DNA of 64,000 nt from Octopus vulgaris (GCA_951406725.2 OX597814.1:217310001-217374000), one strand, 5' to 3'. Counted from the first letter of the stretch, positions 40,970 through 56,108 are shown. Program-made: numbers and translations. The notes: generated from the sequence alone by a model not told the origin.

Positions 40970-41870
40970 TAAATAAATAACTACAGACGGATAATGTGTC
41001 CATTCACTACAGCTGTTTCCAACGAATTTTTAATTGATCAATGAAGACATTACATCATTAGAAAAAACGTTTTGATCAGATAAATACGCCAACCAGAACG
41101 TTTAGAAACATTCAAAAATCAATGGCATATGCACCATCATGATTCTACGAGCCTTGCTGGTCGTAGAATGAATTTGTTAGTTCAGATGGGTAGTAATGTA
41201 GCAGAAAACAACGCGATGTCATGTGTGGGTAGGGAGTATCTAAGGTCTATAGCATTGATGGAGGTTAGAGGGACTGAGTGGTGGTGACGGAGGTGGGGAG
41301 TCGAACGGCGAAACATCTCGTACCTGCAATAAAGATACAGTTTTATATATCATTAATTCAACAAGATTTTTAGGGCTAAAAGTTATGTATATGGTTACTT
41401 ATTTAACAGCCTTTTATCTGCCCGCTTTATTGCAAGCAGGATATGTAATAGAGACACAAAGTCTGAGATTCTATTATAGTATGTATGTGGCAATAATAGT
41501 GGTCATCCTATCAATAAATAGATAAATAAAGAAGTATATAATAAAGGGCCAACTCTATCTTAATTTCAGGGCCGAGATGCTTTCACCGACCGATCCGCCC
41601 TACGCAGTCCTCTAACCTCCATCAATACTATTAATCTTAGATACCCACTATCCAGACACGACATCCCGTTGTCGTCTGTTATATTACTAACCATCTGAAC
41701 TAACAAATTCATTCTACGCTTAACAAGACTTAACAAGACTCTTTCTAAATGTCATGGTTGATGTACTTACCTGATGAAAATGTTTTTTTTTTCTAACGAT
41801 ATCAATTAAAAATTCGTTGGAAACAGCTGTAGCTAATTGACACATCAACCATCTGTTGGTATTTATTTAA
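40970..41870. mobile_element. Inverted-repeat module (arms about 40970-41280 and 41603-41870) with hammerhead motif
   Basis: Diverged reverse-complement arms; CTGATGA at 41771 ... GAAA-CAGCTG-TA at 41820-41831. Confidence 0.7.
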
Positions 41871-41894
41871 ATATATATGCGCGCGCGCGTGTGT

Positions 41895-42085
41895 GTGAAT
41901 GTTGATATGACAACCGGTGTTGGTTTGTTTACACCTTGTAACTTAGCGGTTCAGCAAAAGAGGCCGATAGACCAAGTACCAGGCTTATATAAAAAAAAAA
42001 GTACTGAGGTCGATATATTCGACTAAAAATTCTTCAAGCGGTGCCCCACCATCACCACAGTGTAATGACCGAAACAAGCAAAAGA
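41895..42085 (+). mobile_element. SINE family B 3' half, diverged
   Basis: ACTTAGCGGTTCAGCAAAAGAG..GCGGTGCCCCA..ATGACCGAAACAAG. Confidence 0.75.
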
Positions 42086-42109
42086 TTAAATATATATATA
42101 ATTATCCCC

Positions 42110-42486
42110 CACCCCCCAAAAAACCAAGTCGAAACACAAGAAAAAAGACAAAAAACGCGAGGACGTGGTACATGCAAAGTATTAGCAGACGCGCTCAGGG
42201 AAGGAAAGAGAGGTAGTTTTACGTTTCGAGCAAAGCTCTTCTTCAGAAACAAGAGACAGAAGAAAGTCCAAGAGAAAAGGAAGACGGGGGAAAAAATCGC
42301 CAACGATCGACGATCGCTAGCCACTACACATTTTTTTACTTTCTCTCCTTGTTTCTTTCTGTGTTCCTTTCTGTGGAAGAGCGTAGGCTCGAAACGTTAA
42401 AGACTTTTTCATTTCCCGAGCGTTATACTAATACATCTGTTTGTTATCTACACCACATGTCTTCGTCTTTTGTTTTTTTTAATTCT

Positions 42487-42490
<4 letters not shown>
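42110..42490. mobile_element. Back-to-back hammerhead modules P1(-) and P2(+)
   Basis: P1 on -: GTTT-CTGAAGA-A-GAGC(TTT)GCTC-GAAA-CG-TA-AAAC (42216-42250); P2 on +: CTTT-CTGTGGA..GAAA-CG-TT-AAAG (42367-42402); joined at ACGATCGACGATCG. Confidence 0.75.
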
Positions 42491-42544
<54 letters not shown>

Positions 42545-42548
<4 letters not shown>

Positions 42549-42877
42549 TGAGACCCCCTTCGGTCGTGACTGACCATGGGATTGCACGTAGAACGTTACC
42601 CTCCCAGTCCGGGCAAGGTTGTTTATGGAAGACCAGTAGTCGCCTATGCATATCGGCCTCCCCTCTCCACGCCACCAGTGTTATCCAAGGGAAAGGCAAG
42701 GGCCGATACAGCTTGGCACCAGTGACATCGCAACTCATTTCTACCGTTGAGTGAACTGGAGCAACGTGAAATAAAGTGTCTTGCTCAAGAACACAACACG
42801 CAGCCCGGTCCGGGATTCGAACTCACAACCTCACGATCGTAAGCTCGACACTCTAACCACTGAGCCATGCGCCTTCA
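42545..42877 (-). mobile_element. CORE-type SINE with a third (RTE-like) tail
   Basis: Same head and core; tail ..CCCATGGTCAGTCACGACCGAAGGGGGTCTCAGC. Confidence 0.8.
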
Positions 42878-42879
42878 TT

Positions 42880-43480
42880 ATATATAATGCCAAAACAAAT
42901 TTCTGTGTGTCAGTGTGTCATACTTTAAGCCCCTCTCTCACTATTCAGTGACACTTCTATTGTTCCTCGTGATGTGGTGAGAGTAACAGTAGGCATAGAG
43001 GGCGGTAGTAGATTGACGGTTGTGATGGTAATAGTATGAGCTGTAGTTGTGATAGGGGTAGAGGTGACGGTAATGATGGAGGTGGTGGTCAGTCAAGGAT
43101 GGCGGTGATAGTAAGCGATGTGAAAGACAGTGGTGATGATGGTGGAGAGGAAGGCGGCGAAGTCAAAGATATTGATGGTGGTTGCGTCGGAAGTCTGAAT
43201 GGTGTGTGTGTGTGTGTGTGTGGCACTTGTGGTGGCGATGGTTGTGGTACTGCTGATGGTGATGGGCTGAAAACAAACAGAAAGAGAGAGAGAGAGAGAG
43301 AAAGAAATAGGTTAGAAAAAATGTACTGACCCCCCCACCCTTGAAAAATATTGGTCAAGTTTAATAAAAATTTAATATGTACTCAATGTATGCAGTGTCC
43401 TTGTTGGGCTCAAGACCCAAAGAAGAGCCCTCCACAAGAGCTAACTTAAAAGCAGCCCTATCGAGCGGCTTTTTAGCTAG
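42880..43480 (+). mobile_element. Possible non-autonomous Helitron
   Basis: Ends with a GC-rich weak hairpin and CTAG|T at 43477-43480. Confidence 0.4.
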
Positions 43481-45174
43481 TATTATATATATGTATATTA
43501 TTATTTCAATATATATATATACATATATATTACATACATACATACATACATCGAATATATAAATATATGTATAAAAATTACAAATATGCATATATATACA
43601 CACATATATATATATGTATACGTATGTGCTTGCATGTGTGAAGGTGTGCGCAGCTGTATAGTGTACTGTCTAATATATCAGATTGATTTAGGGTAAGTCC
43701 ACGGAGAGACCCTACGTATTGCTTCTGTCAGACTTTCATAAATATTTTTGTTACTAATATTTTTTACACTAAGTTATCATTATCATTTTCCGTAAATGAC
43801 ATGAAGTGTCTTTCTAGATGCTCCGACATTCAACAATCGCCCCCAATTCCTCTCCTTCATCATACGCTGAAGAGCATGGTGCTGAAATATGCCTGCCTCT
43901 GTTCTCTCTCCTTCAAATGTGCTTCCAGAGAATTGAAGAATGATTTTTAGATAGGGAAGGTGGTAAAAGACGAGCTTACCGGACGAACTTTATACGTTTT
44001 ACCGTAGGTAGCAAGGACTGTTGCCTGTCTCTGAAATGTAATACAGTAAAATATGCCACGTTTGATATTTGGCGTTCCCTACATTCAGAATGGCATACAG
44101 ACATGAGTGAGAAGTGTTGTATAGGTAGTTGTGTAGATTTATGGGAATAAAATGACTAAGCAATGTCTCTAGGTCAAAAGACATGTTAAATCGTTGGTCC
44201 CGATAACTAACATAGCTCACCTTCACCCCCTACATCGATATAGATTTTTTTTTCTGACTGAATCACATAGTTTGCTGGTGATAAGACTTATTTATAACCT
44301 CTTAGCCATAACTACATTGCTGAAGTTATTTATTTTATTTTAGATAAGATTTATGGCTAGATGTGTGTGTAATTAAAACGTTCATGTTGAAGATCTTCCC
44401 CGACATTTTTATTGCGCTTACAAATATTCTCTGCTGTTCTTAAAGAAACAAAATGATTAACTTGAGTTTTTTTGGACTCAATTGCGCAATATGTTGTTAT
44501 CTCTTACATATTTACAAAGCCAACAATATGTGAGAAGAAAATAGTTGGTTATACCAACTCCAGTGCTTGGCAGTACTAGATGTTTATCGACACCGGAAGG
44601 ATTAAACGCTAAGTCAATAACTGCGCAATTTGAACTCAGTTCGTAAAGAGAATTGATTTTGTCCGACTGTTCTTTTTTCAAAATCATTTCCCTAACGTCA
44701 CACACTTGGGTGGAGGGGTGAGTATATTTAATCAAATAGTTTCCAGTACTTTACTAGTACTTTGTTTTAAACATCCCTAAAAGCATTTTTAAATGAAGAG
44801 AAGTTAATGCTTTTAATTTGGTAATTTTGTGGGTTGGGATTCGTAAAGCATATCGACCCCAGCACTAAATTGATAGTTTATTTTATCCACCCCGGAAGAA
44901 TGAAAAGCAAGGCTAACTTTGGCCGGATTTGAACACTGTAATGATTCTGCCAGCTCACAGCCTTATAAATAGGCGTAATTAAATAGCATTTTCTAACATA
45001 AATCTCAAGATCTCATACAGAAGGGAGGATTGAAAAGGAAGCAGACAAGCTGCCATTTTAAATTAAACTCATTTGAAATTTGTCCAAAATCATGGTGAAG
45101 GAAGAATTATATGGAATTACCAAATTTTTTTTTAGCATAAATTTCTCAATATGGAAGGAAGGAATATTTATAGA

Positions 45175-45389
45175 ACTTTTCTATTATAGGTACAATGCCT
45201 GAAATTGTTGGGGTAAAGGGCCAGTCGATTAGATCGATCCCATTACACAACTAGTACTTAATTTATAGACCCCGAAAGGATGAAAGGCAAAGTCGATCTC
45301 GGCTGAATTTGAACTCAGAACGTAGTGGCAGACGAAATGGCGCTAAGCATTTCGCCCGGCGTGCTAACGATTCTGCCAGCTCGCCTCCT
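45175..45389 (-). mobile_element. SINE family C (diverged copies also at about 44510-44680 and 44840-44965)
   Basis: Full core and head. Confidence 0.85.
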
Positions 45390-45478
45390 TGGAATATTTA
45401 TACAACACTACAACTATAGACAAAGGCTTCGGAATCTATGGCCATGAAGCACCGAAAATCCAACACTCTATACATACA

Positions 45479-45582
<104 letters not shown>

Positions 45583-45869
45583 CACACACATACACAGACA
45601 CACATATAATTTAGAGACGAACCACCATTCCACAACTCAGTCAATGAAGAACCCACCCAACCATGCTGTGAGACATACACAATACTAATCTAAAATAACA
45701 GTAAGATTAATACAATCATATAATATATAAGAGCAAATACTTTTAAAATCACAGAGAATACCATACAAAGAAACATTTATCTTAAAAAATTAATCTAAAA
45801 TCAAATAAAGTATAAATTTAACTATAAAAATTAATGCAATAATATAATGCATAAAAGTAAGTACTTGTA

Positions 45870-45994
45870 CATCGACTACGCGCGTTTCATGGCTGCATTA
45901 GGACTATATAAAATCATATAAGAAAACCATATCCAAGTTCATTAGAACGGTGAAATGATTTTACTCCCAAAAACAGTCACTCCTCAGGTCACAT
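45870..45994 (-). ncRNA. Type-I hammerhead motif with extended stem II
   Basis: Minus strand: GAC-CTGAGGA-GTGACTG...CAGCCAT-GAAA-CGCGCG-TA-GTC; internal 45921-45960 is inverted at 46154-46193. Confidence 0.72.
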
Positions 45995-46299
45995 TCCTAA
46001 AAAAAACTAAAACTGAAAGTTTAACATACCTCATAATATGATAAAGAATATAAAAAATAATATGATAAAGAATATAAAAAATAAAGAATAAAACTATATA
46101 TAAAGAAACAAAACCTGTAATGTAATCCCTAAGTTAAAGACATTAATATTATTAATCATTTTACCGTTCTAATGAACTAGGATATGGTTTTCTATTAATA
46201 GTGAAACTGTTAAAAGTGAAACTATTATCTCACATTACAATAGAGATGTTATTGTTTCACTTTTGACACATAATACTTAAACAGTGTAAGAGGTTGCTC

Positions 46300-46800
46300 C
46301 GGGATCGCATTAGGCAAGAAGTTGAACGCTCCATGGACCCTAAGTAATGCATGCATAAAATTTGAATGAAATCGGTTGGTTAGTTCTCGAGTTTTAATGA
46401 TGCACACATACAGACAGACACACACAAACGTGCGCACACACACAAACGTGCGCACACACACAAACGTGCGCACACACACAAACGTGCGCACACACACACA
46501 TTCTCAGTTTAATACATACTAGCTGGAGTACCCGGCGTTGCCCGGAGCTATTTGTTATGTATGCTTGTTTTGTCATTAGACCATTCACGGATGTACCTTT
46601 GAACTGAATGAAAGTAATCATAATAGCAGATGTTCCCTGCGTTGTTTGATTTATTTAGCACAGTAGGGAAAATGTCACACGCCCACACCATTGTCATTGT
46701 TTTCCATTGGGACAATAGGTCGATCTGTAAAAAAACGGCAGTAATTTACTATCCTTTATAAATTTACTAAAGATAGTAAATTTACTCTTTACTATTTTGA
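46300..46800 (-). mobile_element. Two abutting non-autonomous Helitron pieces
   Basis: AAATTTGAATGAAATCGG..ACAGACAGAC end up to about 46514, then CTAG (46519-46522) + TACCCGGCGTTGCCCGG hairpin. Confidence 0.6.
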
Positions 46801-46817
46801 AATAGTAAAGAGTAAAT

Positions 46818-47313
46818 TTATTCAATAAAATCGCCATTGGCTCCAACCACGGCCTCCAGACGACTTTGGAATCCTCTGCTACTCTTCTGGACGGTCACCT
46901 TGTTTAAGTTGGTGAATGCTACCATAATCCTTGCCTTCAGTTAATCTTTGGTGTTACAAGGAGTTTTGTTGGTCACTCGCTCAACTGCGCCCCAAACATT
47001 ATAATCAAAGAGGTTGCAGTCTGGGGAGTTAGGTGGCCAGGTGTTAGGGGTGATAGCCTCAGATTGCACTGTCCTCAGATTGATACCCAAACCAACTGAA
47101 ATGTTCGTATTGGAGCTTCTGGCACGAAGGTCAAGCAGTACAGCATGTCGTTTCTAAATTCCTGGCGGAGTAAATTGTGGCATAGTGCTGTTTTCTCACA
47201 GACGGTGCCCAACTGACCCTATTATACTGTGTAGACGATAAAATAAAATAAAAACAATGCGCATGCACGAAATTAAAAATATAAAACGGCAACAATTTAC
47301 CCATCGCACCCTG
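46818..47313 (-). mobile_element. Internally deleted Tc1/mariner (maT-like) transposon
   Basis: Minus frame WPPNSPDCNLFDYNVWGAVER...RLEAVVGANGDFIE*; terminus TA|CAGGGTGCGATGGG at 47313. Confidence 0.8.
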
Positions 47314-47374
47314 TATATATGTATATGTGTGTGTGTGTGTGTGTGTGTACATATTATCATATATATATATATAT

Positions 47375-47950
47375 ACTCTTACTCTTACTCTTTTACTTGT
47401 TTCAGTCATTTGACTGCGGCCATGCTGGAGCACCACCTTTAGTCGAGCAAATCGACCCCAGGACTTATTCTTTGTAAGCCTAGTACTTATTCTATCGGTC
47501 TTTTTTGCCGAACCGCTAAGGTACAGGGACGCAAACACACCAGCATCAGTTGTCAAGCGATGTTGGGGAGACAAATACAGACACACAAACATATACACAC
47601 ATGTACATATATACATATATACGACAGGCTTTCAGTTTCCGTCTACCAAATCCACTCACAAGGCTTTGGTCAGCCCGAGTCTATAGTAGAAGACACTTGC
47701 CCAAAATGCCACGGAGTGGGACTGAACCCAGAACCATATGGTTGGTAAGCAAGCTACTTACCACACAGCCACTCCTGCGCCTATTGTACATATTACAATA
47801 TATATATTATCGGGAGTGGTTGCATGGTTAGTAGCGTGCTTACCAACCACATGGTTCCGGGTTCAGTTCTACAGCGTGGCACCTTGGCAAGTGTCTTCTA
47901 CTATAGCCTTGTGAGTGGATTTGGTAGACGGAAACTGAAAGAAACCCGTC

Positions 47951-47992
<42 letters not shown>

Positions 47993-48160
47993 GATGCAGG
48001 TATTTTTACGTTCCCGTAACTTAGCGGTTCGGCAAAAAAACCGATAGAATAAGTACTAGTATTACAAAGAATAAGTCCTGGGGCCGATTTGTTTGTCTAC
48101 ATTGCGGTGCTCCAGCATGGCCGCAGTGAAATGACTAAAACAAATAAAGGAATAAAAAGA
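47375..48160. mobile_element. Head-to-head pair of SINE family B (47375-47782 minus; 47812-48160 plus)
   Basis: Both heads face a spacer of about 30 bp. Confidence 0.88.
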
Positions 48161-48166
48161 TATATA

Positions 48167-49038
48167 CCGTAAATCCTCGAGTATAGTCCGCCCTTGGGTA
48201 TAATACGCAGGGGATTTTTAGGGGGCTGCACCTCTGCAAAGCCTAAACCTTGTGTATAATACGCACCCCATCACTAACTTGAGTCAAGGAGGTCTATATA
48301 ACGTCCTTGGTTTGTAAAAATGTATACAGTAACGTCCTTTCTTATTAATGTATATATAACATAATGCAAACGTGTAGCTTTTTTTGTATATTTTGTTTGC
48401 GGAAAATAAAGAAATAACAGTAATAATGTCAGTGAAAAATAAATATTAAGTAAATTGCCTTTACATATTTATCACTATCAGTTGCAAAATCAAAAGCAAA
48501 AACATTTATTCAAATCCTTCAAATTCACCGTCACTTTCAGCATCAAATAACTGTTCCATTTGTTCCTCCGTAAACATGTCAGCATCATTGTAGTGTAGAT
48601 CTCCGTCATTGTTAGATTCATAGTCAACATCAAAAGATTCCTAAGTACCATCCAGTGCAGACAATATACAACATTTGATAAAACTTTTCACAATAATCTG
48701 AGGATCGAGTTCATTCCATACATACACGATCTATTTGCATATCAAAGTCAGGTCGGGAGCGCGAAGCCTTCCACCTTTAGTAAACGACTTTTCTCCAGTC
48801 AACATCCATTCAGTCCATAAATCACTTTATGACTTCATTGCTTTCAGGCTTAGCTTAAAGGTATTTTCGCGCCCGACATCACAAAATGCGTCTGAATAAA
48901 CACTGCCGGACAGCAAATAGAGACTCGGACATTACTTAGAAAATATTTTTCATTTTTAACCTAGTATATAGTACCCACTAGGGATTTTGACCTTTAAATT
49001 TTGGGGGAAAAATGCAGATTATACTCGAGGATTTACGG
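48167..49038 (-). mobile_element. pogo-like non-autonomous transposon with a transposase C-terminal remnant
   Basis: TIRs CCGTAAATCCTCGAGTATA / TATACTCGAGGATTTACGG with TA flanks; minus frame WTEWMLTGEKSFTKGGRLRAP..WNELDPQIIVKSFIKCCI. Confidence 0.88.
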
Positions 49039-49057
49039 TATATATTCTCTCTCTGTT

Positions 49058-50997
<1,940 letters not shown>

Positions 50998-51590
50998 GGC
51001 TATCACCCACGCCTCATTCAAGATCAAAGCGGGTGCCGTGTAGGCGTCGCCCGGCCACAAGCAATATTCCTCATTGAGTCTCTCCAGCCTACGCATCACG
51101 GGCAACGTTATGACCTCCACAGCTATCTGTGTGCAGGCTAAAGGTACTCCCTTATGGTGCTTTTCCACCACCTTTTCTACCTCTCCGCCTCTATAGAAGA
51201 AGACCAATAATTCGTCTTCCTCCGAGGGCGGGATAGTCAATCCTACCGTTGGCGGCACAATTCCCGCCAACAGTGTCTCTTCCCCTGCCGGTGGCACAAC
51301 CCCTACTGACGAGGTTCCGAGACATTCCGGTACTATGTCACCGACTGCAGGCAATATCCCGTTTCTCTTCCTCTTTTATTTTATTTTCAACTGAGGGAGG
51401 GTGCGTCTCCTCCGTGACCGGGAGATTCGCCCCCCCTCCCTCATCCCTAGGATCTTTCGGTGAGTACCCATTGTTGCTCACCTTCTTCCTCTTGCGGTCC
51501 TTCTTTGAGGAGGCCTCCGCCTCCTCGGCCGCCTTCGTTCCCTCTTCTACAGCAGTCTCAACCAACTGTTCCAGGATTTGACTTTGACCA
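50998..51590 (-). other. GC-rich coding-like segment of unknown origin (possibly a LINE ORF1/gag piece)
   Basis: Composition shift; low-complexity charged peptide in frame with the PLE endonuclease. Confidence 0.4.
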
Positions 51591-53879
51591 TAGCAACGGT
51601 CTGATAGTACATTTCCAGTCTGACCTACATATAGTTCTTCACAATTCGGGCATTTGATGCAGTAAATTAAATTTCTGCATTTGCAGTTCATATTCGCGTT
51701 TCTGAATATTTTTCCGGTATTCGTGTTCTTATATTGGCCGGTATGTATGAATTGGCATGTGCAACATCGGCTATCATTGCATTTAGATACAGTGAATGAT
51801 TGGTCTTTGTTGCTAAGGTCAAAATTTGCCTTTGTTAATAATTTTTTCAAGCTTTTAGCCTGTCTTTTACTAAGAACCATGGCTCGATCTGTGATTATAT
51901 CTTTTAATTCATTATTTTGAGCAATGATTGGTAGGTTTTCTTTGGCAATGTTGAAGATATTCTGGTGACTTGGGTTGTGCGTCACAATAAATGGTATGAC
52001 TTGTTCCTGTTTTCTTCTTCTTTTCGTTGTCCTCAGTTGTTGTGTGGGTATTTTTATAGCCCGCTGTATGCCATTTTCTATAAGTAGAGACGGGTATTTT
52101 TGTTTGAGCAAAAATTCTCTTAGTTATGTTAGGCGTTTGTGCCTGATATTTGCATCTTCTACAATGGTACAAACTCTTCTGGCTAGGCAGTATGGGATGT
52201 TGCATTTTGTATGTGGTGGATGTCACGACTTAAAATTCAGGCATTGGTGTGTATCCGTGTGTTTGTAGTAGATATCTGTGGTAATGGTGGTGTACTTTTT
52301 AATTACCATTATATCTAAGAATGGTAATTTGGTACTACTCATCAGCTTGGAGAGATGGGTGTAGGTTGTTCAGGAGGATATTGAACTCTTCCAGAGTATT
52401 TAGAGATTCTGTCCAGATTATGAAACAATCGTCAAGGCATATCTTCCATGCCTTTTCAGTATAATTTCTAAATCCAGTGCTAAAGTTTTCCTCTATTTAT
52501 TGGTAGATTTGTTGTTCAAGATATCCCATTACAGAATTCGCATAAATGGGAGCAAACCTCGTTCCCATCGCCGTGCCTTTAATTTGGATGTAATTCTTTC
52601 CATTGAAGAAGAAGGTGTTGTTTTCCAGACTAAGTTTGACAGTGTCTAATATAAATGGAACTGTGAATCTGTTGAGGATCACTTCTCTATATTTTTCTAC
52701 CCAGCATCTAATCGCCTTTATTCCTAAATCATGTGGAATATTGGTGTTAAGGCTTACCACATCAAAACTAAGTAGAAGTGAATTTATTTCAGTTGTTTTG
52801 GGAAGATGCGACAGGAAGTCGAAGTCATCCCAGATGAAACTGGTTATGTAGGTTCATAGTGGTTTCAAAACAATGTCAATAATATTGCTTGGACAGTGGA
52901 TAGGGAATGCTGGACCAGCTTCAATCGGCCTATGTTTTAGGTCTTTTGGATGCAGTAATTTTATGTACTCACTTTCTTGTTCTTTTACTGCATGCTGAAT
53001 ATCTTTTGATTTATGTATCTTGGGTAAACCGAAAGTTAGAAGTTGCTTGGTTTTGCTCGAAATTGGTGATGTAGTCTCTTTCGTTATCGGTAAGTGAGTT
53101 GTGGGTGTTTTGAAACAAGGTTGTTGATCTTCTTCATGATGGGGTGTTTTATATTTGTAGGAATTTCACAATAGGAAGTTGTGTCCTTCAGTTGGTCTTC
53201 AACCAAATCCTTATGCTATTTTGCATCCATAATAGCAATTGCACCCACTTTATCTGCTTGTTTAATTATTATTATTGTTGTTTGATCGTTTTGTATACGT
53301 TTAAGTGCAGACATTTCGGATTTATTAATGTTTGGCCTAACATTACTATTGTGTCTAAGAGGGAATTTTGACAGGATATCAATGTATTGGTCAAGATAGC
53401 TGTTTCTTCCTTTTGGTGGGCTGAAATTTGATTTATTCTTTACTAGTATCATTACTTTTATTAGTGAAGAATTATCGTAACTTACGACAGAATTTCTGGA
53501 TATCCTCCTTTAGTTCTTAGTGGTTGGCTGATGGTGTAGGTGTGAATTTCAGTCCTTTTGACAGAAGTTGGATTTCATCATTGTCAAGATCTCTTTTTGA
53601 TAAATTAATTATTTTAGGATCTATACGTTCAGTTGTTTTGGGTATGTTTCCTCTTGGACTTTTTCTTTCTCCGGTGTTTGTTGTCCTGACGTTAAAAAAC
53701 GGATGTCCTCTGTTTTTAATTTATGTTCCTGTTGATGTTTGCTTGATGGACTTTGCGTTTTTGGCTGTGGCATTTTACTTGGTTTCGTTATGTTTTCTCT
53801 CCTGGTTTTGGTATTATGTATATTACTTTTCAATTCCTTGTTAGTATTCTTTTTAACAACCTGGGGAATATAATCTAGG

Positions 53880-53880
<1 letters not shown>
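51590..53880 (-). mobile_element. Penelope-like element (Neptune-type) RT + GIY-YIG pseudogene
   Basis: IINLS..LSKGLKFTPTP, IKQADK, FDVVSLNTNIPH, QIKGTAMGTRFAPIYAN, DDCFIIW, LPFLDI, HPPHTKCNIPY, Cys linker CNDSRCCTC, NLIYCIKCPNCEELYVGQTG; many frameshifts; begins at (TA)n. Confidence 0.92.
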
Positions 53881-53946
<66 letters not shown>

Positions 53947-53998
53947 TGTGTGTGTGGGTGAGTGTGTGTATGTATGTATTTTTGTATGTATACATATG

Positions 53999-54066
<68 letters not shown>

Positions 54067-54342
54067 TTTGTGTGTGTATGCGTGCGTGTCTGTGTGTGAA
54101 TATGTATGTATGCATGTAGTACATACATACATTCACACACACTTTTATAAGAAAAGTGGTGACAGTTTCTTCGAAATTTCGGTTTGCTGTCCTTCATTGG
54201 ACAGTTCGAAGTCACTGTCATCGCTTTTTTTATAAAGGTAATATAAATACGTAATCTACAGAAGGTATTGAATAATCCTTCAGTTCAATGCTAAATTATT
54301 TCTATCATAACTCGACATAAGGTGATGAGACGTGTTAGCAAA

Positions 54343-54560
54343 GGCAGCGAGTTACAGAATCTTTAGCACGCCAGAGAAAAAGTGCTTAGCGGCATTCCTT
54401 TTGGGTTTAAGTTCTGAGTTCCAATTCCACCAAGGTCAACTTTGTCTTTCAAACTTTTACTGTCGATAAAATGAGTACCAGTTGAGCTCTTGGGTCGATG
54501 GTATCGACTAGCCCCAGCCTCCAAAATTTCAGCCCTTGTGCCTACTGTAGAAAAGATTTT
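54343..54560 (+). mobile_element. SINE family C
   Basis: Head GGCAGCGAGTTACAGAATC, core, tail CCTTGTGCCTACTGTAGAAAAGATT. Confidence 0.82.
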
Positions 54561-55268
54561 TAACTCATTTCAATATCAGTATAATATTGTTACTAACTAT
54601 AAAATTTTTATTACACTATTGTGAGCGAACTACCAAGTATTATATGTAACCTTAAAAAAAGTGAAAATAATAAGTTCTTATATGTATGCGGTATTTTCCG
54701 GTACTTTTACGTACTACACTTACTTGATATCTCAAGAGAATGACAGAGTTCTATTTAAGGATGATTAGATATTTTTCCTTTGTGTCATACGATCCACACC
54801 CATGTCTGTCAAAACAACTTAGTAAATCATGGAATAAAATGCTTTGTTAATTCGTCATAACTATTTGAGAGTGACGTGTCAAACGCACGAGCACTCACTC
54901 GCTCACTCACTCACTCACTCGCTCACTCACTCACCCACTCACTCACTCACTCACTCACTCACACACAATAAAACTTCAAATACTCATACGTACGTACACG
55001 TACTTCTGAATGTGTAATTTTAGTTTATTTGTGCTTATCATTTCCATTTCTTTTTATCAGAATTTGTGAACATGATGTTCCCTGTGACCAATCACCACAT
55101 TTCTGATGATTAGTTATATCCTGGCCAACTTAATTGAACCATATCTTAGTTACAAAAATATGTTATAACTTATTTCTCTGTTTCTCCCTCTCTTCTCCCC
55201 CACATATACCTACATATACATATGCATGTGTGTGTATGGATGCATGGATATATATAGATGTATCTATG

Positions 55269-55350
<82 letters not shown>

Positions 55351-55366
55351 TGTGTGCAGGTATGTA

Positions 55367-55444
<78 letters not shown>

Positions 55445-55447
55445 TAT

Positions 55448-55630
55448 AGGGAGAATTCACGAAAAAAAAAATCAAAAGACGAAGACAGCTGGTGTAGAAA
55501 ACAAACAGATGTTTTAGTATAACGCTCAAGAATTGCAAAAGTCTTTTATGTTTCGAGCCTACGCTCTTCCACAGAAAGAAACACAGAAAGAAACAAGGAG
55601 AGAAAAAATGTGTGTAGTGGCTACCGATCA
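55448..55630 (-). mobile_element. Hammerhead module P2
   Basis: Minus strand CTTT-CTGTGGA-A-GAGC(GTAG)GCTC-GAAA at 55543-55578; ends in (TA)n. Confidence 0.75.
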
Positions 55631-55761
55631 ATCATATGTATATATATATATATATATATTTGTAAAAAATGAAGTTTGAAGATGCTGCTATATTAGACAA
55701 ATTTTAATTTAACATGTTTCGGTTGTTGAAATGACGAACCTTATCAAAAAAATTTTTTTAA

Positions 55762-55957
55762 ATATAATAAAGTGAGTCCATGCTATATGTTTAAAGAGTA
55801 TGATGTAATAGTTCATAATTGTGACATACATTCAATAGAGTCAAATATAAAAAATTCATATATAATAAAGAGAGTCCATGCTATATGTTTAAAGATTATG
55901 ATATAATAGTTCATAATTGTGACATACATTCAATAGAGTCAAATATAAAAAATTCAT
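55762..55957 (+). repeat. Two-copy tandem repeat, unit about 98 bp
   Basis: TATAATAAAG.GAGTCCATGCTATATG..AAAAATTCAT twice. Confidence 0.85.
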
Positions 55958-56108
55958 GTTCTTGAAAAGGCGAGGAGTTCATTATAGATTTTACCTTGTG
56001 TTCCAATGGGAGCAACAGAAATGATTTTTGGTTGGTGTCTGCTGGATGTATGTATGTATGTATGTATGTATGTATGTATGTATGTATGTATGTATGTATA
56101 TGTATATT

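Noticed and set aside
43800-44230. Possible L1/Tx1 C-terminal remnant (LNVGNAKYQTW)
   Set aside because: Single weak motif; cannot be supported without a search.
46426-46500. CRISPR-like short repeats (AAACGTGCGCACACACAC x4)
   Set aside because: No unique spacers; an 18-bp minisatellite in a eukaryotic transposon end.
55700-55752. Minus-strand hammerhead-like TTGATAA-GGTT..AACC-GAAA-CATG-TT
   Set aside because: Two core mismatches in AT-rich context; a plausible relic but not counted.
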